Of a stretch of 64,000 nt of DNA, positions 58,253 through 64,000 are shown piece by piece. The stretch is from IMG/VR virus record IMGVR_UViG_3300001530_000094. One strand, given 5' to 3'. The position numbers and the translations under genes are program-made. Numbering within the stretch: position 1 is the stretch's first letter; every line of letters begins with the position of its first letter. The stretch is from a virus. The notes beneath the pieces are model-generated. The model worked only from the letters and a program-made list of their open reading frames with translations, had not been told where the DNA came from and searched no databases.

Positions 58253-58561
58253 GTGGAAACTTTAGGAATAATAAGAAGAATAGATGACTTAGGTAGAATA
58301 ATAATACCTAAAGATTTAAGAAAAGCATGTGATTTAAAAGAAGGAGATGCTTTGGAGATAATTATAGACAAAGATAAAAATATAATTATGAAGAAAAGAG
58401 AAGAAGTTGAAGTAAGTTTATTAGATAAGTATAATGACAAATTAGTTGAATTAAAAAATAAAATGGCAGAAGCTTATATAGAAAAAGATGATGAGCAATT
58501 TAGATTATTAGAAGCTCAAAAAGATTTAGTAGAAGAAGTTATAAAAGATTTAAGAAAATAG
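58253..58561 (+). CDS. AbrB/SpoVT-family DNA-binding protein
   Basis: GIIRRIDDLGRIIIPKDLRKACDLKEGDALEIIID. Confidence 0.92.
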   Translation: METLGIIRRIDDLGRIIIPKDLRKACDLKEGDALEIIIDKDKNIIMKKREEVEVSLLDKYNDKLVELKNKMAEAYIEKDDEQFRLLEAQKDLVEEVIKDLRK

Positions 58562-58581
58562 TACTGAAAGGGTGAAATAAA

Positions 58582-58743
58582 ATGGATAAAGTATATGTAT
58601 GCTGTTTATGTGGTAAACTTTGTAAAGGGTATGGGAATAATCCTAAACCGTTGTCGAACAATGAAAATGATAGATGTTGTGATGAATGCAATGACAAAGT
58701 AATAATAGCAAGAATAATGAATTTAGTAAATTCAGAGGACTAG
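58582..58743 (+). CDS. Small Cys-rich protein
   Basis: MDKVYVCCLCGKLCKGYGNNPKPLSNNENDRCCDECNDKVIIARIMNLVNSED*. Confidence 0.65.
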   Translation: MDKVYVCCLCGKLCKGYGNNPKPLSNNENDRCCDECNDKVIIARIMNLVNSED

Positions 58744-58785
58744 TAAAATAGTCCTCTTTACATATTATCATTAAGAGGTGATAAT

Positions 58786-59112
58786 ATGGAAGAAGTATTA
58801 ATGATTAAAAATATTTTTGATTTAGCTAGAAAGTATAGTGCAAATAAAGCAACTTTAGATTATAAGACTCAGGATAGAAAAGGACAAGACATAGTTATTT
58901 ATTTAATCTTAGATGATATAGAATTTAATTCTTCAGATGAGCTATATAATTATTTAACTTCTAAATATAAAAGTCTCGGTGATTATTCTAGTGCTTCTGA
59001 ATTTAAAGAAATACCTATTAAAATAGAAGATATTAATAAAAATGAGTCTTTGATTAAATTTAATTTAGAACACATGGAGTTTGAGATGAAAGTGAAGAAG
59101 GAGCTAATATGA
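58786..59112 (+). CDS. Hypothetical protein
   Basis: ORF. Confidence 0.5.
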   Translation: MEEVLMIKNIFDLARKYSANKATLDYKTQDRKGQDIVIYLILDDIEFNSSDELYNYLTSKYKSLGDYSSASEFKEIPIKIEDINKNESLIKFNLEHMEFEMKVKKELI

Positions 59113-59363
59113 AGAAATATAAAGTTTATTTAGATGCATTAAAATGTAATAGAATGTATAGTTCTTTTATTAAAAATTGTGATTTAGGGATAGAAGAATT
59201 TGGTGTTCCTATCTCTATTTCATTTACTATAGAACAAGAACCTACAAAAGAAATAATAGATAAAATAATAGAGGTTCATAACAGTACTAAAGAACATAAA
59301 GAATTTGAATGGTATTTTAGTCAAGTTAAACTTAATAGAATAGAGTTAATTAGTGAGGAATAA
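59109..59363 (+). CDS. Hypothetical protein
   Basis: ORF. Confidence 0.5.
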   Translation: MKKYKVYLDALKCNRMYSSFIKNCDLGIEEFGVPISISFTIEQEPTKEIIDKIIEVHNSTKEHKEFEWYFSQVKLNRIELISEE

Positions 59364-59366
59364 TTT

Positions 59367-59630
59367 ATGCAGAAATTAATTGATATTACAGGTAATAAAT
59401 ATCATCATTTAACAGTTTTAGGTCTTGACCATATAGGATATAGAAAAAATGGTAAAAGTAGAAGCTATTGGAAATGTAAATGTGATTGTGGGAATATAAA
59501 AATATTAAGAAAAGACGAATTTATTTATCCATATAGTAAAACTAAGTCATGTGGCTGCTGGCATATAGAAGAAAGCAGTAAAAGACCTAGAGATAAAGAA
59601 ACAGGAAAGTATATATTAATACAGAGGTGA
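59367..59630 (+). CDS. Zinc-ribbon protein of the kind associated with phage AP2/HNH proteins
   Basis: YHHLTVLG...YWKCKCDCGNIKILRKDEF...TKSCGC. Confidence 0.6.
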   Translation: MQKLIDITGNKYHHLTVLGLDHIGYRKNGKSRSYWKCKCDCGNIKILRKDEFIYPYSKTKSCGCWHIEESSKRPRDKETGKYILIQR

Positions 59631-59923
59631 TATTTATGAATGAAGAAATAGTACATAGAGAATTAGCTAGAAGATTAGCTGTAAGAAGTATTGAAGATTA
59701 TAGACAAAGATTTTTATTAGAAGAGGATTTATTAAGTGGAGTAGATAGACAGAAGATTTTAGATGAGATTGATGATATTAAAGAAAATGTAAAACTAGAT
59801 GACAGAAGAAAATTATTAGCCGAAAGAGATATGTATAAGAAATTAGTTGAAGAACTTGAGAAGAAATTGACTCTGTATCATTTAGCAGATGATAGAGATT
59901 GTGATGAAGAGTTTGAAATATAA
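59627..59923 (+). CDS. Hypothetical coiled-coil protein
   Basis: ORF. Confidence 0.5.
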   Translation: MIFMNEEIVHRELARRLAVRSIEDYRQRFLLEEDLLSGVDRQKILDEIDDIKENVKLDDRRKLLAERDMYKKLVEELEKKLTLYHLADDRDCDEEFEI

Positions 59924-60140
59924 GGAGACAGAAATGAATATTAAAGAAAAATTAAATTTATTAGCAATAGCAAAGAACAAATTTGAAATTAAAGATGTTG
60001 TAAAAAATGATGGTACTCAAACTTATGAAGTATTACACTTGCAAGCAGATTTAGCAGCTTGTATAACAGTAATTAATCAGGGAAGTAATATAAGTGTAAG
60101 TTATTTTAGAACTGATTGCTATAATAGTGGAACAGAGTAG
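59889..60140 (+). CDS. Hypothetical protein
   Basis: ORF; start uncertain. Confidence 0.45.
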   Translation: MIEIVMKSLKYKETEMNIKEKLNLLAIAKNKFEIKDVVKNDGTQTYEVLHLQADLAACITVINQGSNISVSYFRTDCYNSGTE

Positions 60141-60205
60141 TTGTATATAGATACTGTAGCTCTAGAAGAGTTAAAGACTTTCTGTGAATTTTTAATGAAA
60201 TAGAG

Positions 60206-60508
60206 GTGAATAAAATGATATTAAATAAAACAGTTATAATATTTAGAGGAGATACTGTAATATCTCCAGCAGTAGGATTAAAGACTGGTAATGGTAAGAT
60301 AATGCTAGATGAATTAGAAAAACCAGTGAAAATAGGTTCTAGAATAGATTTAAGAGGAGAAGATTTACCTCATCCTGTAGAATTAATCTTTGAAAAGAAA
60401 GAGTCCGTAGATGCTTTAATTAAACAATTGAAAGTTGTAAAGAAAGATATGATAAAGTTTGAAAAAGGAGAGTTGAAAGATGAGCAAAGTAAGCAAGAAA
60501 GTAAATGA
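60206..60508 (+). CDS. Hypothetical protein
   Basis: ORF. Confidence 0.5.
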   Translation: MNKMILNKTVIIFRGDTVISPAVGLKTGNGKIMLDELEKPVKIGSRIDLRGEDLPHPVELIFEKKESVDALIKQLKVVKKDMIKFEKGELKDEQSKQESK

Positions 60509-60710
60509 AATTAAAGAAAAACTAGATAGTATTAGTGGATTAGATGATGATTATGTATACAGCTGGATAGAGTCTATAGATAAAATAGTTACTCCTATAG
60601 TAGATATCTGTAGTACCTGGTCTGAGGAAGAAGATGAAAAAGGAACTATTTTCTACAAGAAGAGAGTAGAAAGTCCGCTAAAAGAACTATTTAATAAGAA
60701 TGAAGATTAA
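60480..60710 (+). CDS. Hypothetical protein
   Basis: ORF. Confidence 0.5.
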   Translation: MSKVSKKVNEIKEKLDSISGLDDDYVYSWIESIDKIVTPIVDICSTWSEEEDEKGTIFYKKRVESPLKELFNKNED

Positions 60711-60751
60711 AAGTATACAAATGTATACTTTATTTTTTATCAAATTTATAG

Positions 60752-60780
60752 TTTACAAATTTGAAATATTATGATATAAT
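60752..60780 (+). promoter_or_regulatory. Sigma-70-like promoter, extended -10
   Basis: TTTACA-17 (ATTATGA)-TATAAT. Confidence 0.85.
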
Positions 60781-60807
60781 ATTAATTATAGATTAGAGAA
60801 AAAGGAG

Positions 60808-62904
60808 ATGGGATTATTGATAGATAAAGAAGAATTACAGAAGCATAGGGATAAAATATTTAATGATATTTTAGAAATGCTAGAAACAAATCAAAGAGTA
60901 GGATGTGTACAGCCAACTGGTGTGGGTAAATCTTATTGTATTGCTAGACTTTGTAACAAGTTGAAAGGAAAGAAATTAGTTTTAGAACCGGGAAATGAGG
61001 TAATAAACTATATGCAGAAGTTTAACATTGAAACTCCTGACACAGACTATATTACATACTATAGTTTATTAAAACCATCAGCTACAGATTTAGCTAATAT
61101 GTTTAAAGAGTATGATTATATATTTTTAGATGAAATGCACAGAGCATTAGCAGACAAATGGGGTAAACAGTTAGATAAAACATTCGCTATATTGGATGTG
61201 TTAGAAGCAAAGTATAAAATTTTAGGTTTTAGTGCTACTCCTACTAGAATGGATAATAGAGATGCAGTGGAGGAGATATTTAACGGAGTTCAGATAGAAC
61301 CGTATTATTTACAAGATGCTATATTAGATGGAATACTTCCTAATATAGAGTATCATTCTAGTATATATGAGATTACAGACAAAGACAAAAATAGAATAAA
61401 ATTAAAAGACACTCCATTAGCTAAACAGATACTTAGTTATGACATAGATGAAGGAGTTTCAAAAATATTTCAAGAAAATCTAGATTTATCTCAACCTCAT
61501 CATATAATAGTATTTGTGGATAGAATTGTAAATATACCTGAAGCTATAGACAATATGAAGAAATGGCTAAAAGTAGATTTTAGTATCTACAAAGCTCATA
61601 GTAAAATGTCATATAAAGAAAGTAAAGAAGCTATAGAAAATTTTCAAAAAGACAAAGGTTTATCTTTAATGTTTGCTGTAGATATTTTAAATGAGGGAGT
61701 TCACTTAGATAAAGTTGATACTTCAGTATTTTTAAGAAAAACTTCTAGTACTAGGGTATATAATCAACAACTAGGAAGAGTAATTTCTGATACAATAGAA
61801 AACCCTAAAGTATTTGATTTAGTAAATAATATAGATAATTTAGACGCTGGGTATGCTTTTATATTTAAAGAGAAAGCTGATAAACTAAATATTAAAACAG
61901 AACAACTAGTTACTAAAAGTGGAGAATATCTAAAAATTACTACTCATCAAGAAGATTTAATAAAAAAGTTAAAAATGTGTAATAGAAAGTTGAGTGATGG
62001 TGAAAAACAATTTATAAAAGATAATTATAAAAATATGACTAATAAAGAAATAGCAACTTATCTTAATAGAAGTGAAGCTACTATAATTAAATTTAAGTCA
62101 GACTCTGGTTTAACTTGCCCACGTAAATTATTATCTGAGAGAGAAAAACAGTTTATAAAAGATAACTGTAATTATATGAGTGTTACTGAGATGAGTAAAA
62201 TTTTAAATAGAGATAGAAATGTATTATATAGATATATTTCTAAAGAAGGATTGAATTGTCTTAAACTTAAACAACACACCAAAATATCTGAGGAAAAGAT
62301 ACAATACATAAAAGATAATTCCTATAAAATGACTGCAAAACAGTTGTCAGAGAATACTGGTATTAATATATACACGATAACAAAAATATTAAATAGATAT
62401 AACTTAAAATATCTTAAAAAGAGTAATATATTTACTGATGAAGAAGATATGCAATTGAAAAATTATATTGAATCTGGCTTAAAAAGTAAAGATATAGCAA
62501 TTAAAATGGATAGAGATAGAGGAGTTATTCTTCAGCATGCTTATATAAAAGGGTACACATGGCCGGGAAAAAGAAGAGTTTTGTATGAATGGAAAGAATT
62601 TATAGATAAAAATGCTCATAATATGACTGTAAATGAAATGTGTAAACATACTGGCATAAAAGAGCCTACTCTTAGGTCTTATTATTCTAAAAATAATATA
62701 TCATATAAAAAATTAAATGGTGGAGCTGGTAAAAAAGAAAAAAGACTGAGTAAACAGCAGAAACAGTGGATAAAAAATAATTCTTATAACAATACATGTA
62801 GAGCTATGTCAGATATTTTAGAAATACCTATAATGACCATTTATAATTACTGTAAAAGACATAATTTGCCTTTTATAAGAGAAAGATTTTCAAAATATCA
62901 ATAA
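60808..62904 (+). CDS. SF2 DExH helicase with C-terminal array of HTH-like units
   Basis: QPTGVGKSYCIA, FLDEMH, GFSATPTR, YNQQLGRVISD; then repeated (E)KQFIKDNYKNMTNKEIATYLNRSEATIIKF-type units. Confidence 0.88.
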   Translation: MGLLIDKEELQKHRDKIFNDILEMLETNQRVGCVQPTGVGKSYCIARLCNKLKGKKLVLEPGNEVINYMQKFNIETPDTDYITYYSLLKPSATDLANMFKEYDYIFLDEMHRALADKWGKQLDKTFAILDVLEAKYKILGFSATPTRMDNRDAVEEIFNGVQIEPYYLQDAILDGILPNIEYHSSIYEITDKDKNRIKLKDTPLAKQILSYDIDEGVSKIFQENLDLSQPHHIIVFVDRIVNIPEAIDNMKKWLKVDFSIYKAHSKMSYKESKEAIENFQKDKGLSLMFAVDILNEGVHLDKVDTSVFLRKTSSTRVYNQQLGRVISDTIENPKVFDLVNNIDNLDAGYAFIFKEKADKLNIKTEQLVTKSGEYLKITTHQEDLIKKLKMCNRKLSDGEKQFIKDNYKNMTNKEIATYLNRSEATIIKFKSDSGLTCPRKLLSEREKQFIKDNCNYMSVTEMSKILNRDRNVLYRYISKEGLNCLKLKQHTKISEEKIQYIKDNSYKMTAKQLSENTGINIYTITKILNRYNLKYLKKSNIFTDEEDMQLKNYIESGLKSKDIAIKMDRDRGVILQHAYIKGYTWPGKRRVLYEWKEFIDKNAHNMTVNEMCKHTGIKEPTLRSYYSKNNISYKKLNGGAGKKEKRLSKQQKQWIKNNSYNNTCRAMSDILEIPIMTIYNYCKRHNLPFIRERFSKYQ

Positions 62905-62912
62905 TAAAAATT

Positions 62913-62945
62913 CTCCTAGTAACATATTATTACTAGGAGTTTTAT
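62913..62945 (+). terminator. Intrinsic terminator
   Basis: CTCCTAGTAA-catatta-TTACTAGGAG-TTTTATTTT. Confidence 0.93.
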
Positions 62946-62965
62946 TTTGTAAGGAGGAAAGAAAA

Positions 62966-64000
62966 TTGGCGCAGTTAGATGTCTTAAGAAAAAAGTGTGA
63001 AATGTTAGGTTTAGAACCTGAAAAAACTCGTAATAGAGTAAATAAAGAAACTGGAGAAAGATATAGAGAAAGTACAATTGATAGTTGTAAAACAGCTCTT
63101 CAACAGTATTATATTAAAAAATATAGGGAGGAAGGTACTTTAAATCCATTCGTAGAGAGAATATTACAATTTCCACCTATGTTAGCAGCTCAAATGAAAA
63201 CTTTAAAAGAAAAAGAAATTCCCATTCTTTGGGAAGAAGACAATGATTGGATAGCTACAGAGAAAATAGACGGAAATAGAATGAGATATTGTTATAATAA
63301 AGATTACGGAGTAGAATATTTTTCTAGAAATTTATCTGAAGGACAAGATGGAGATTATTTACCGATTAGATATTCTAATAAGTTAACTATTCCTAGGCCA
63401 GAAATGGAGGCTCTTAATGCAATGGGAATTTTTGACTTTATTATAGATGCAGAATTAGTACCATATTTTGATACTATAAGAAGTTTCCCTAATAGAAAGA
63501 AAATAAATGGAGTTTGGACAGATGTGATGGAAGTTCCTATAGCAGATACTCAATTAAACTTCACTACTTCAGTTTTAGGAGCTTTAGATGATTTATCTCA
63601 TAGAATGCAAGAGACTAATCCCATGAAATTAATGGCATTTGATTTGATTTCATTTAATGGAGAAGATTTAACTAAGCTCCCACTAAAAGATAGATTGAAT
63701 AAGCTTAAAGCTTTATTAACTATACTTAAGAACTATGGAGTAGGAGATAGAATACAACTAGTAAAAGGGACTACTACAGAAAAAGTGAAATTTTATCAAG
63801 ATATAGTAAGTAGAGGTGGAGAAGGTTGTGTTTTGAAGGATTTAAGGGCTCCGTATATGTCTGGAAAGAGAGATAAAGTGTGGGTAAAAGCTAAACGTTC
63901 TGTATCAGGTTCTTTCTTAGAAGAAAAAGCTGGAGATACTATAGATGCTTTTGTAATAGGTTATAAAAGAGGTAATGAAGGAACCAACATTGAAAATTAT
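62966..64000 (+). CDS. ATP-dependent DNA ligase, 3'-partial
   Basis: ATEKIDGNRMRY (KxDG), DFIIDAELV, GGEGCVLKD, KVWVKAKR. The frame runs off the window end. Confidence 0.9.
   Translation, partial: MAQLDVLRKKCEMLGLEPEKTRNRVNKETGERYRESTIDSCKTALQQYYIKKYREEGTLNPFVERILQFPPMLAAQMKTLKEKEIPILWEEDNDWIATEKIDGNRMRYCYNKDYGVEYFSRNLSEGQDGDYLPIRYSNKLTIPRPEMEALNAMGIFDFIIDAELVPYFDTIRSFPNRKKINGVWTDVMEVPIADTQLNFTTSVLGALDDLSHRMQETNPMKLMAFDLISFNGEDLTKLPLKDRLNKLKALLTILKNYGVGDRIQLVKGTTTEKVKFYQDIVSRGGEGCVLKDLRAPYMSGKRDKVWVKAKRSVSGSFLEEKAGDTIDAFVIGYKRGNEGTNIENY

Noticed and set aside
1-64000. Stop-codon reassignment (alternative genetic code for TAA, TAG or TGA)
   Set aside because: Credible genes end with TAA, TAG and TGA at tight gene junctions, and none of these three needs to be read as sense to restore any gene.
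1-64000. Transposon or integrative mobile element boundaries
   Set aside because: No transposase, integrase, attachment-like direct repeats or strand switch seen; the window reads as one continuous phage backbone.

Overview
This is a continuous stretch of a large, AT-rich, tailed-phage-like genome. Every gene I can support is on the + strand. It is gene-dense and carries nucleotide metabolism (ThyX, SHMT, dCMP deaminase, dNMP kinase, dUTPase, MazG), replication and repair (5'-3' exonuclease, SbcD-like, beta clamp, DnaX, DnaG/TOPRIM primase, SF2 helicase, ATP-dependent ligase), terminase, portal, baseplate and fibre genes, a chaperonin, a flotillin-like protein, a Tad2-like (DUF2829) protein, and a 1.3 kb RNA locus with tRNA-Thr(UGU). 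The main observation is that at least 12 in-frame CGG codons in 9 genes behave as four-base units (CGGN). At each one the annotated frame soon hits a stop, and the coding frame resumes exactly +1, so that [C]GGN restores a continuous protein. Examples are the DnaG/TOPRIM primase, large terminase (two sites), a P-loop ATPase (two sites, restoring GPN-G-CGKT and SE-G-QR), a kelch-like fibre protein, a baseplate-type protein and a membrane/GAF-like protein. I found only one other in-frame CGG in a credible gene (mazG-like, codon 6). The fourth bases (8 A, 3 T, 1 C) look like glycine GGN codon usage. This suggests systematic quadruplet decoding or single-base skipping at CGG, probably giving Gly, as a genome-wide recoding system. 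The decoder is not identified. Lesser observations include structured RNAs with a pseudoknot beside the tRNA, a four-copy intergenic element, a TATAWTAAG intergenic motif, a tandem family of BspA-like LRR proteins and a helicase with about six C-terminal HTH-like units. All counts were made by eye and should be repeated computationally.
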